In this document: positions 27,291 to 37,100 of the stretch, piece after piece
Position numbering within the stretch: position 1 is the stretch's first letter
How the letters are laid out: each line of letters opens with the position of its first letter
From: Actinomycetota bacterium
GTDB taxonomy: Bacteria; Actinomycetota; Actinomycetes; S36-B12; UBA5976
Length of the DNA: 60,014 nt
NCBI GenBank assembly: GCA_009918005.1
Contig: RGDC01000002.1
Coordinates: forward strand, 1 to 60,014
Direction of reading: 5' to 3'
Notes under the pieces: generated by a model
Databases searched by the model: none
What the model was told of the DNA's origin: nothing
What the model saw: only the letters and a program-made list of their open reading frames with translations
Program-made: the position numbers and the translations under genes

Positions 27291-28149
27291 GTGACCAAAT
27301 CTGTAACCGTGAGAGTCCCCGGCAAGGTAAACGTTTACCTTGGAGTCGGACCTCGTGAGTTTTCTGGTTACCACGAACTTGCCACAATCTTTCAGGCTGT
27401 TGGAATATATGACGAAGTCACCGTGTCAGCCGCGGATTCGCTAACGATTACTGGTCTTGGAGCATTTGCAGATCGAATTCCCACTGATGATACAAATTTG
27501 GCATGGAAGGCAGCTGAGTTAGTTGCTCGTGCCTGTGGTGAAAATCCAAATATTCACATTCAAATTGATAAATCGATTCCGATAGCCGCAGGCATGGCAG
27601 GCGGTAGTGCAGATGCGGCAGCCACACTTTTAGCATGTGACGCTTATTGGAATGCCGGAATCCCTCGTGATCAACTCGATGCCATGGCTGCAACATTGGG
27701 TTCTGATGTGCCATTTATGCTGCATGGTGGCTGCGCTTTGGGTGTTGTTCGCAACCTTCGACGAAGGATTATCAACTGCGCAGATTTATGAAAAGACAGA
27801 TGATTTGCGTGGCCTGGAATTTGATGTGGAACCCGAGGTTCCAACCGAATTATTAAGTGCCTTGGCTCGAGGAGATGCGCCCGCTCTGGGACGATTACTC
27901 CATAATGATCTGCAGTTGGCTGCAACCACTTCGCGCCCACAATTAGGCCGAGTACTGGAACAAGGCATTGACTTGGGCGCATTGGGCGCAGTTGTTTCCG
28001 GCAGTGGTCCAACATGTGCATTTCTGGTTCGAGATGAATCTAGTTCGATCGATTTAGTCGTTGCGCTTAAAGCATCTGGCTTAGTTGATGACGTTTTACG
28101 TACTCATGGCCCAGTTCATGGCGCGCGAGTTATCTCGACGTCAAGATAA
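27291..28149 (+). pseudogene. ispE: 4-diphosphocytidyl-2-C-methyl-D-erythritol kinase, frame-disrupted
   Basis: The N-terminal part ([35 protein letters not shown]) lies in ORF 27291..27791. The C-terminal part (WVLF..EGLST, SGSGPTCAF) lies in the +1 frame of ORF 27637..28149. The 859-nt span is not divisible by 3. See findings. Confidence 0.8.
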
Positions 28150-28167
28150 TCTCTTAGACTCTGTTGA

Positions 28168-28683
28168 ATGAGCGCATCAGATGAAGTCGACCGGATTGTC
28201 GACGCCTGGCAGCAAGAGCGGCCAGATTTAGATGTTGCTCCGCTGCAGGTGTTAAGTCGAGTTTCGCGACTTGCGCGATACCTAGATATCGCTAGACGAG
28301 AAGCTTTCGCTGCAACCGATCTTGAGCCTGGTGAATTCGATGTCCTTGCGGCCTTGCGCAGAGCAGGTAAACCTTATGCACTCACGCCTTCTGCTTTGAT
28401 ATCACAAAACTTAGTCACCAGCGGAACTATGACAAATCGAATTGATCGACTTGAGACGAAGAATTTAGTGGCACGCATGCCTGATCCCAAGGATGGACGC
28501 GGAGTTTTAGTGCAACTAACTCAATCGGGCAAGTCAGCTGTTGATCGGGCACTTGATGAGTTGTTAGCTCGTGAGAAATCATTACTGGCTACGGTTTCAA
28601 AAGTAGATCGAGAAAAACTAGCAAATGTGTTGCGAGATATAGTTTTGCCTTTTGATGAAGAATCAGCGGGCATAGAAGGCTAA
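28168..28683 (+). CDS. MarR family transcriptional regulator
   Basis: 171 aa. Winged-helix core (LTPSALISQNLVTSGTMTNRIDRLE..LV.R..DP.D.R). Confidence 0.8.
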   Translation: MSASDEVDRIVDAWQQERPDLDVAPLQVLSRVSRLARYLDIARREAFAATDLEPGEFDVLAALRRAGKPYALTPSALISQNLVTSGTMTNRIDRLETKNLVARMPDPKDGRGVLVQLTQSGKSAVDRALDELLAREKSLLATVSKVDREKLANVLRDIVLPFDEESAGIEG

Positions 28684-28695
28684 CTACAGCAAAAG

Positions 28696-29391
28696 TTAAC
28701 TATCGAGTCTGCGACTAATCAATCTTGGATTGATCTCGAGACCAACTGCACCATTCCAAACCAAGTTGACTAGGTGCGCAATGACTTCGTCTTTTGGAGT
28801 ATCACGTTCATCCAGCCACCATTGTCCGGTTAGCGCAACCATGCCTACGAACATGTGTGCATACATCGGTGCCATTTGAAATGGAAAGCCTCGTAATTTA
28901 AATTCTTTGGAAAGTAACTCTTCGACTCGTTGCGCAACATCAGAAAGCAGGGATGCAAAACTGCCGGTAGCTGTAGCTGAAGAAGATGCAGCTGGTGAAT
29001 CTCGCAACAAGATTCTAAAACCATCAGTATTAGTTTCAATGTAATCAAAAAGTGCTGAGGCTGTCTGCTCTAAAAGCAGCCTGGGATGAACTGCAGTTAG
29101 GGCTTTTGTTATTGAGTTCAGTAGGTAAGTCATTTCACGATCGACAACTACGGCATAAAGACCGTCTTTAGATCCGAAGTGTTCGTATACAACAGGCTTT
29201 GAAACATTTGCGGTGTTTGCAATTTCTTCAACTGTTACGGATTCGAATCCCTTTTCAGCAAAGAGCATGCGGCCAACTTCAACGAGCTGGGCGCGACGTT
29301 CGTGGCCAGTCATTCGCACGCGGTCTGCATCAGACACTCGAGCGCGCCCAGATAAATCCAGGTCGTCCTCATGATCGTGTGTGATTGCCAC
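28696..29391 (-). CDS. TetR/AcrR family transcriptional regulator
   Basis: HTH block FAEKGFESVTVEEIANTANVSKPVVYEHFGSKDGLY. GTG 29391 is preferred because it has an AAGGA SD at about 6 nt. The ATG at 29448 has no SD. Confidence 0.8.
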   Translation of the reverse strand: MAITHDHEDDLDLSGRARVSDADRVRMTGHERRAQLVEVGRMLFAEKGFESVTVEEIANTANVSKPVVYEHFGSKDGLYAVVVDREMTYLLNSITKALTAVHPRLLLEQTASALFDYIETNTDGFRILLRDSPAASSSATATGSFASLLSDVAQRVEELLSKEFKLRGFPFQMAPMYAHMFVGMVALTGQWWLDERDTPKDEVIAHLVNLVWNGAVGLEINPRLISRRLDS

Positions 29392-29537
29392 GGAATTTCC
29401 TTTGTCTGATGTACTCGCTTTTAGGATACCGCGTGTGCAATTGTGCATGACCGCTTACAAAACCCTATTCGTTTTGGGAATCTTGGCCATTGGCGAATAG
29501 GATTTGCAGGCAGGCTGAGGCAAACCAAGGTCTGCAT

Positions 29538-29608
29538 TCCCGGATCGTCTAATGGCAGGACAGCACTCTTTGGAGGTGCTTATCGTGGTTCGAATCCACG
29601 TCCGGGAG
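29538..29608 (+). tRNA. tRNA-Gln (anticodon TTG)
   Basis: Cloverleaf by eye. Acceptor tcccgga/tccggga, D arm gtct-aatggca-ggac, anticodon arm gcact-ctTTGga-ggtgc, T arm cgtgg-ttcgaat-ccacg, discriminator G. CCA is not encoded (followed by ca). Confidence 0.9.
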
Positions 29609-29634
29609 CAAGTTTGAAACAGTAAACTAGATTT

Positions 29635-31080
29635 GTGAAACCAACGGGCGCTCAAACTTCCCAGCCCGCAGCAGTTATTGTTCTGGCTGCAGGTGCTGGC
29701 ACCCGAATGAAATCATCAAAACCAAAAGTCCTACATGAAGTCTTAGGACTAACTTTGCTGGACCACGTTTTGAACGCCGCAGCCCGGTTGGCTAGCAAAC
29801 AGACTTTAGTAATCGTTGGTCATGGTCGAGATCAAGTTCAAGAGCATTTAACTAAATCTCATCCAACCGTTATTACTGCGGTGCAGGATGAGCAAAATGG
29901 CACCGGACACGCCGTGAAGATAGCTCTTGATGCACTAGGCGAACTCTCTGGCCCAGTTTTAGTTTTGGCGGGAGACACGCCGCTGCTAACCACTTCAGAT
30001 ATGCAAATCACACTTGACGCACTAGTTGGTAAGTCTGCTGCGGTTTTAACAGCTCACTTAGCTGATGCAACTGGTTATGGCCGGATAGTTCGAACTGCTA
30101 ATGCTGATTTTGAAAAAATTGTTGAACATAGAGATGCTTCTGATTCGGAATTGATGATCTCTGAAGTTAACTCTGGTGTCTATGCATTCGATGCAAAGTT
30201 GTTGCGCGAAAGTCTGGCAAAACTAACAACTGATAATTCACAAGGCGAACAGTATTTAACTGACGTACTTGGTATCTTGCAAAGTGAAGGACATGAAGTA
30301 GCTGCGGTAGCTACTTCGGAAGAGAACATTCTTGGCGTAAACGATCGTCGTCAACTTGCCGATGCCGGCACAATGTTGCGAAACCGTATCAATAATGAAT
30401 GGATGATGGCTGGCGTCACCATGGTTGATCCAAACACAATCTGGATTGATCGCACAGCAGTACTTGAGTCTGATGTAACGCTATTGCCGAATGTTTCAAT
30501 CACTGGTGCTAGCACTATCAAAGGTGGTTCCACCATTGGACCGGATTGCTCTTTGCATGACACTGTTGCGGACCATTGCGCAACCGTAATTCGAACCACG
30601 GCAATTGGCGCAGTAATTGGTGAAGGTGCAAATGTTGGTCCATACACCTACCTTCGTCCCGGCACAGTCTTAGGTGCAGGCGCTAAAGCTGGCGGTTTCG
30701 TAGAAATGAAGAATGCCAATCTTGGCGTAAATGCCAAAGTTCCACACCTTTCTTATGTGGGAGATGCCACGATTGGCGAAGGCACCAACATTGGTGCCGC
30801 TACAGTCTTTGTGAATTACGACGGCCAAGAAAAGCATCACACTCAAGTCGGTAGCCACGTTCGCATTGGCAGCGACACCATGTTGGTAGCTCCGCTTGTC
30901 ATTGGCGATGGTGCCTATACGGCTGCTGGTTCGGTAATTACAGAAGATGTTCCAGCTGGATCCATGGCGGTTGGCCGGGCTCGTCAACGCAACATTGTTG
31001 ATTGGGTACTTCGCCGCAGACCCGGTAGTGACTCAGCTAAGGCAGCACTGGCAGACTCATCCCATAAGAACTCCAAGTAA
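29635..31080 (+). CDS. glmU: Bifunctional UDP-GlcNAc pyrophosphorylase / GlcN-1-P acetyltransferase
   Basis: LAAGAGTRMKSSKPKVLH, LAGDTPLL and NSGVYAF, followed by a C-terminal left-handed beta-helix hexapeptide region. 481 aa, GTG start. Confidence 0.92.
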   Translation: MKPTGAQTSQPAAVIVLAAGAGTRMKSSKPKVLHEVLGLTLLDHVLNAAARLASKQTLVIVGHGRDQVQEHLTKSHPTVITAVQDEQNGTGHAVKIALDALGELSGPVLVLAGDTPLLTTSDMQITLDALVGKSAAVLTAHLADATGYGRIVRTANADFEKIVEHRDASDSELMISEVNSGVYAFDAKLLRESLAKLTTDNSQGEQYLTDVLGILQSEGHEVAAVATSEENILGVNDRRQLADAGTMLRNRINNEWMMAGVTMVDPNTIWIDRTAVLESDVTLLPNVSITGASTIKGGSTIGPDCSLHDTVADHCATVIRTTAIGAVIGEGANVGPYTYLRPGTVLGAGAKAGGFVEMKNANLGVNAKVPHLSYVGDATIGEGTNIGAATVFVNYDGQEKHHTQVGSHVRIGSDTMLVAPLVIGDGAYTAAGSVITEDVPAGSMAVGRARQRNIVDWVLRRRPGSDSAKAALADSSHKNSK

Positions 31081-31090
31081 AGGAAACTAG

Positions 31091-32071
31091 ATGACTGGCA
31101 TCACGCAGAATAATGCAAAGCGGATGGTTCTTATTGCAGGTCGGTCACATCCTGAGCTTGCGCAAGCGGTCGCCGATAACCTTGGCGTTGAGCTTGTTCC
31201 TACCCGTGCGTACAACTTTGCTAATGGTGAAATTTTCGTTCGATTCGAAGAATCAATTCGTGGTTGCGATGTATTCGTACTACAGACTCACACCGCCCCC
31301 GTAAATGAATGGATCATGGAGCACTTGCTTATGGTGGACGCACTTAAGCGCGCGTCAGCAAAGCGAATTACCGTGGTGGCTCCGTTTTATGGTTACGCGC
31401 GCCAAGACAAGAAGCATGCGGGTCGCGAACCAATCTCCGCTCGCTTGATGGCGGATCTTTTCGCTACCGCTGGTGCTGATCGATTGATGAGCGTAGATCT
31501 TCATACTGCTCAAATTCAAGGTTTCTTTGACGGACCAGTAGACCACTTGTTCGCACTCCCAATTCTTGCTGCACACGTTGGCCGAACGGTTGATCGTGAC
31601 AAGATCACGGTGGTTTCTCCGGATGCTGGTCGCGTGCGAGTTGCAGAACGCTGGACAGATATTTTGAGTGCGCCACTTGCCATCATGCATAAACGTCGCG
31701 ATCCAGATGTTCCCAATGAAGCCAAAGTACTTGAAGTTGTTGGCGATGTTAAGGGTCGAATCTGTATCGTCGTGGACGACATGATTGATACTGGTGGCAC
31801 CATCGTTAAGGCATCTGAAGCTTTGTTCGAAAATGGTGCATCTGACGTAATCGTCACCGCAACCCATGGAATTTTTTCTTCACCTGCTTCCCAACGGTTA
31901 CAGGATTCTGGAATTCGTGAAGTGATCGTAACTGACACGCTTCCAATCCCACCGGAAAATCAATTCCCGAACTTAACAATCCTGCCAATTGCCCCACTTT
32001 TAGCGCGCGCCATTAAAGAAGTGTTTGATGAAGGCTCAGTTGCCAGCTTGTTCGACCACGTCGGAGTATAA
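31091..32071 (+). CDS. prs: Ribose-phosphate diphosphokinase
   Basis: FANGEIFVRFEESIRG, YGYARQDKK, VDLHTAQIQGFF and DDMIDTGGT motifs. 326 aa. Confidence 0.92.
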   Translation: MTGITQNNAKRMVLIAGRSHPELAQAVADNLGVELVPTRAYNFANGEIFVRFEESIRGCDVFVLQTHTAPVNEWIMEHLLMVDALKRASAKRITVVAPFYGYARQDKKHAGREPISARLMADLFATAGADRLMSVDLHTAQIQGFFDGPVDHLFALPILAAHVGRTVDRDKITVVSPDAGRVRVAERWTDILSAPLAIMHKRRDPDVPNEAKVLEVVGDVKGRICIVVDDMIDTGGTIVKASEALFENGASDVIVTATHGIFSSPASQRLQDSGIREVIVTDTLPIPPENQFPNLTILPIAPLLARAIKEVFDEGSVASLFDHVGV

Positions 32072-32242
32072 AAACTCCCGCTAAATCAAGGTTCTTCAAG
32101 TTAATTGTTCTCGCTCATTTTGGTCTTCAGTGCTGAACTGGGCTAATCTAGGAAGGCTCCTCGGCGAGGGCCCTAAAAAGCCGTAATCGACGAAGGTCCG
32201 TTGTGGAGCTATCCATAAATGACCTAGTACGAGGAGAAATAC

Positions 32243-32737
32243 ATGAGTGACGCATTAGTCGCAGAAGCCCGTTCAGATTTTGGTAAGGGCGCATCACGTC
32301 GCCTACGCCGTGACGGCAAAGTTCCAGCAGTGGTTTACGGACATGGAATTGCTCCAATCCACATCGCACTGGATGCACACACCTTGAGACTTACTCTTCG
32401 CAAGAAGGTGACGTCACTCGACATCGTTCTTAACGGAAAGACTGAAACAGTTGCACCTCGCGACCTTCAGATTGATCCAGTAACCCGTGGTATCGAACAC
32501 GTTGACTTGGTTTACGTAACAGCTGCTGAAGCCGCAACATTGGCTCGTGAAGCCGCTGAAACACATGCACGTCAAGAAGCAGATGCCGCAGCAGCAATCG
32601 CATTGGCAGAGACAAAGGCTGCAGCACGCGCTGAAGCTGATTCTGCTAGCGATGCACCTGCAGCTGAAGCAGGCGCAGATTCTGGCAGTAACGAAGAGGC
32701 CAGTAACGATGCACCTGCAGAGGAATCTGCAGAGTAA
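32243..32737 (+). CDS. rplY: 50S ribosomal protein L25 / general stress protein Ctc
   Basis: R.DFGKGASRRLRRDGKVPAVVYG at the N-terminus and an Ala/Glu-rich acidic tail. It lies upstream of pth as in other actinobacteria. Confidence 0.85.
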   Translation: MSDALVAEARSDFGKGASRRLRRDGKVPAVVYGHGIAPIHIALDAHTLRLTLRKKVTSLDIVLNGKTETVAPRDLQIDPVTRGIEHVDLVYVTAAEAATLAREAAETHARQEADAAAAIALAETKAAARAEADSASDAPAAEAGADSGSNEEASNDAPAEESAE

Positions 32738-32741
32738 GACC

Positions 32742-33320
32742 GTGTCAGATAACGGTGCGTGGCTTGTAGTGGGACTCGGTAATCCGGGTCCCACTTACGC
32801 ATCTACGCGCCACAACATTGGTGCCATGGTCATCGATGAAATAGTTTTGCAAAATTCGGGAAAGTTAGCCAGACACAAACGCGCTCTTGCTGATGTTTGC
32901 GAAACTCGAATTGGTGACGCACAAGTAGTTTTAGCTAAGCCGCTTTCCTATATGAACGAATCCGGTGGCCCAGTCAAGGCACTAGCAAAGTTTTACAAAG
33001 TTGACCCAGAGCAAATCATTGTGCTTCACGACGAGCTCGACATCCCACTTTCAACTATTCGAGTAAAACTTGGCGGTGGGGATAACGGCCACAATGGTTT
33101 GAAATCGATCAGATCTGCAATGGGCAGTGGTGACTGGTTCCGGATTCGACTAGGTATTGGTCGCCCTCCCGGACAGCAAGACCCAGCCGATTTTGTTTTA
33201 CGCAATTTTGCTAGCTCTGAAAGTTCTGAAGTTGAAGTCTTAAAGTCCCAAGGCTGCCAAGCTGTTGAAACTTTGATCGCTAAGGGTTTAGTCGAAACCC
33301 AGAATCTTTATAACTCATGA
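32742..33320 (+). CDS. pth: Peptidyl-tRNA hydrolase
   Basis: GTG 32742 gives VSDNGAWLVVGLGNPG..Y..TRHNIG. Also HDELD and GGHNGLKS. The upstream part of track ORF 32547 overlaps rplY out of frame. Confidence 0.9.
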   Translation: MSDNGAWLVVGLGNPGPTYASTRHNIGAMVIDEIVLQNSGKLARHKRALADVCETRIGDAQVVLAKPLSYMNESGGPVKALAKFYKVDPEQIIVLHDELDIPLSTIRVKLGGGDNGHNGLKSIRSAMGSGDWFRIRLGIGRPPGQQDPADFVLRNFASSESSEVEVLKSQGCQAVETLIAKGLVETQNLYNS

Positions 33321-34123
33321 ATGATCATGAGTTAGCCCGCAAGCTCGCTCGAGAAACTGGCACACTACTGGTGGGTCTTCGAAAGCATGCTGACAGCCTG
33401 CAAGAAAACAAGGATGAAACGCATTCGGTATTAGCGCAAGAAGTCCTTGGCAGCGAAGGTGATCGAGTCGCGCACGACTACCTTATGGAACAGTTTTCAA
33501 TTCACCGGGCAAACGATGTAGTGCTCAGTGAAGAAGGTGACTTAGAAGTCACTCGGCTTAATGCGAAACGGGTGTGGATTATTGATCCACTTGATGGCAC
33601 GGCTCAGTATTCAAGTGGTGGCGATGATTTTGCAGTTCATATTGCGCTTTGGGAGGCTAATTCACAAGCGGCAGGCAACATTAGCGTTGCCAGTGTTGCA
33701 GTGCCAGCTCGAAATGAACTTTGGTCAATGGATGAACCAGTGCAGCGCTATCAACCAAATGGTTCGCCGATTCGAATTTTGGTATCCCGAAGCCGGCCAC
33801 CTCGCGAGATCGATGCGGTAATCCAGAAACTCGAAGAAGTATTTCCAGATCGAGGACCGGTGCAAGTGATTCCGATGGGATCAGTTGGCGCAAAAGTTGG
33901 TGCCATTTTGGCCGATAAAGCTGATGTGTATTTCAACTCTGGTGGATTCTATGAATGGGATTTAGCTGCCCCGCTTGGAATTGCTGTTCACAACGGACTT
34001 TCAGTAACTGATTGCAAGGGTAATCGGATTGATCTAAACAAAGTGAACTTAAAGGTTACTGATATTTTGATTTGCCGCCCAGAACTTACTTCCTCGATTG
34101 TTATGGCGCTGGAATACAAATGA
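33317..34123 (+). CDS. cysQ: Inositol monophosphatase family protein / 3'(2'),5'-bisphosphate nucleotidase CysQ-like
   Basis: LSEEG, WIIDPLDGT and the WDLAA motif. 268 aa. ATGA overlaps at both ends. Confidence 0.7.
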   Translation: MNDHELARKLARETGTLLVGLRKHADSLQENKDETHSVLAQEVLGSEGDRVAHDYLMEQFSIHRANDVVLSEEGDLEVTRLNAKRVWIIDPLDGTAQYSSGGDDFAVHIALWEANSQAAGNISVASVAVPARNELWSMDEPVQRYQPNGSPIRILVSRSRPPREIDAVIQKLEEVFPDRGPVQVIPMGSVGAKVGAILADKADVYFNSGGFYEWDLAAPLGIAVHNGLSVTDCKGNRIDLNKVNLKVTDILICRPELTSSIVMALEYK

Positions 34124-37100
34124 CTCTTAAGTTAGTTAGTGATGCAATCGGGAAAGACAAGATCGTTCAAGGTGCATTGACGGATTTAAATTCAGGGCTA
34201 CAGGTTCGACTAGCAGTTACCAAGAGCGCGATTCCCTACGTCGCTGCCACAGTAGCAAAGACACGACCTGTGGTTTTGATTGCCGCCACAGAACGAGCAG
34301 CACAAGATTTGGCGAATTCACTTATCGATTTTGTGCCTGAAGAAAATATTGCAGTTTTTCCAGCTTGGGAGACTCTGCCACATGAGCGGTTAAGTCCAAG
34401 TAGTGACACCGTTGGACGTAGAATGGCAGTCTTGCGGCGACTTTCCCACCCCAATGAAGTAGCACCAATTTCAGTTCTTATTACTAGCGCCCGTGCATTC
34501 ATACAACCAATCGTGGCTGGCCTCGGAGATGTGCCCGCTTTGAAAATTTCAACTGGAGATGACTTTTCGCTTGAGCGATTAGTTACCGAACTCTCTCGAC
34601 TGGGATTTGATCGAGTTGATTTAGTGGATCGTCGTGGCCAGTTCGCAGTTCGTGGCGGAATTGTTGATCTATTCCCACCGGCTCTGGAACATCCACTTCG
34701 TGTTGAGTTCTGGGGCGATATGGTCGAAGAAATTCGCACCTTCTCGATTGCTGACCAGCGTTCGCTAGGAATTGCGGTAGATCAAATTTTTGCAACTGCA
34801 TGCAGGGAACTCCTGATCACAGATGATGTTGCTGCAAAAGCTAAAAGTATGATCAGCGCCCATCCTGAGCTATCGGAGATGCTAGAAAAAATTGCAGCCG
34901 GAATCGCAGCTGAAGGTATGGAAAGTTTGATTCCAGTTTTAGTTCCAAAATTGGAAATGCTTGTTGATGTGATCGATGTAAAGTCCGTGATTATTGAAGC
35001 TGAGCCAGAACGGTTAGAAACTAGAGCATTCGAACTGGTGTCAACAAGTGCTGAATTCCTCGAAGCTTCGTGGAGCAATGCAACCGCCGGAAATGTTTCT
35101 CCGATCGACTTAGAAGCAAGTGCCTTTCGCGATTATCGAGAACTCCGGGAAAGCAGTAATTCGCATGCCTGGCTAGGTCTAACAACTTTGGTTGGACCTG
35201 ACGATGAGTCACCAGATCTTGAAGCAACGCCAGACTATCGTTCTAAAATTGAAGACTTTGTTTCAGATATTCGAAAGTGGTGGAAATCTGGTTCGCGGGT
35301 TGCAGTATCGATGGCAGGCCACGGTTCAACTGAGCGCCTCGTTGCAACCCTGATGGAATTTGGTATCCCAGCTCGGCAAACTGAAGAACTAACTTCGGAT
35401 TTAAAAGATGAAGTAATTGAAGTTACTGTCGGCCATCAAGAGTCGGGGATCAATGTTGTATCGGCCGGCCTGGTTCTGGTTACTGAAGTCGATTTGTTTG
35501 GAAGCAGAGACGCTTCTAAAGAAAATCGATCCTTACCTAGTAAACGCCGTGTGGTAATTGATCCGTTAACGCTTAAAAGTGGTGATTACGTAGTTCATGA
35601 ACAGCATGGTGTTGGTAGATACATTGAGATGTCTCAGCGAACCGTAGCTAATGCCACCCGAGAATATTTAGTTATTGAATACTCAGCGAGCAAGCGTGGT
35701 CAACGTGGTGACAGACTTTATGTGCCAAGTGACCAACTTGACCAAGTAACTAGGTACGTAGGTGGGGAAGCGCCATCACTAAATCGACTTGGCGGTGGTG
35801 ATTGGGCTGCCACTAAATCGCGTGCGCGTCGAGCAGTCAGACAGATTGCAGGTGAACTGATCCGTCTCTATGCAGCAAGGATGGCAAGTAAAGGTTTTGC
35901 TTTCTCGCCTGACAGTCCGTGGCAACGTGAACTTGAAGACGCTTTTGAATATGTAGAAACTCCAGACCAACTGGTAACCATTGATGAAGTTAAACGTGAC
36001 ATGGAAAATGACATTCCAATGGATCGATTGGTGTGTGGTGATGTCGGTTATGGCAAAACGGAAATCGCAGTGCGCGCTGCGTTTAAAGCAGTACAAGATG
36101 GCAAGCAAGTTGCGATTTTGGTTCCCACAACACTCTTGGTCCAGCAACATTTTGAAACTTTTTCTCGCCGATACGCGCAATTCCCAGTCAAGTTAGCGGC
36201 GCTGTCTCGATTTCAAACCGATGCTCAAGTTCGTCAAGTTATGAGTGGAATTACTGATGGCTCAATAGACATGGTGATTGGCACACATCGATTATTTAAT
36301 CCTGAAGTTAAGTTTAGAGATCTTGGTTTAGTCATTGTTGACGAAGAACAAAGATTTGGCGTAGAACATAAGGAACATTTAAAGGCGCTTCGAACAAATG
36401 TCGATATGCTCACGATGTCCGCGACACCAATTCCTCGAACTTTAGAAATGGCTGTAACTGGCCTGCGTGAAATGTCGACAATTCAAACCCCACCTGAAGA
36501 ACGCCATCCGGTGTTAACCACAGTTGGTCCATACGATGAAAAGTTCATTACTGCTGCAATTCACCGGGAACTTATTCGGGATGGGCAAATATTCTTTGTC
36601 CATAATCGCGTAGAAAGCATTAATCGCGTAGCTGGCAAATTAGCAGAATTAGTTCCAGAAGCTCGAATTGCGGTTGCTCACGGACAAATGAACGAAAACA
36701 CACTCGAACAAATCATCGTCGATTTTTGGGAACACAAATATGACATCTTGGTTTCTACAACAATTATTGAAAGCGGTCTAGACATTCCGAATGCAAATAC
36801 CTTGATTGTGGATCGAGCCGACACATTTGGCTTGTCGCAACTGCATCAACTTCGAGGCCGCGTTGGCCGAAGCCGCGAACGTGGTTATGCCTACTTCTTG
36901 TATTCACCGGATAAACCACTAAGCGAAAATGCGCATGATCGACTTTCTACAATCGCTGCTCATACAGATTTGGGATCAGGTATGGCGGTTGCCATGAAGG
37001 ATCTGGAAATTCGCGGGGCCGGCAATTTGCTTGGCGGCGAACAAAGTGGTCACATTGCCGATGTTGGATTTGATCTATATGTACGACTGGTGAGTGAAGC

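Noticed and set aside
27700-27800. Programmed ribosomal frameshift as the explanation for the ispE split.
   Set aside because: No slippery heptamer or downstream structure is evident. A conserved protein segment is missing, which frameshifting would not explain.
32640-32725. Repeat cgatgcacctgcag (two copies) in the rplY 3' region, and Ala-rich repeats in the SHOCT gene.
   Set aside because: These are explained by low-complexity Ala/Glu/Asp-rich protein tails. They are not independent repeat elements.
34072-34119. N-terminal extensions of track ORFs at 3977, 11640, 13956, 25518, 32547, 34072, 40726, 43041, 49017, 52757, 11563 and 29448.
   Set aside because: The extensions overlap the upstream gene and do not resemble the family N-termini. 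Internal starts give canonical N-termini and typical coupling overlaps or SD sequences.
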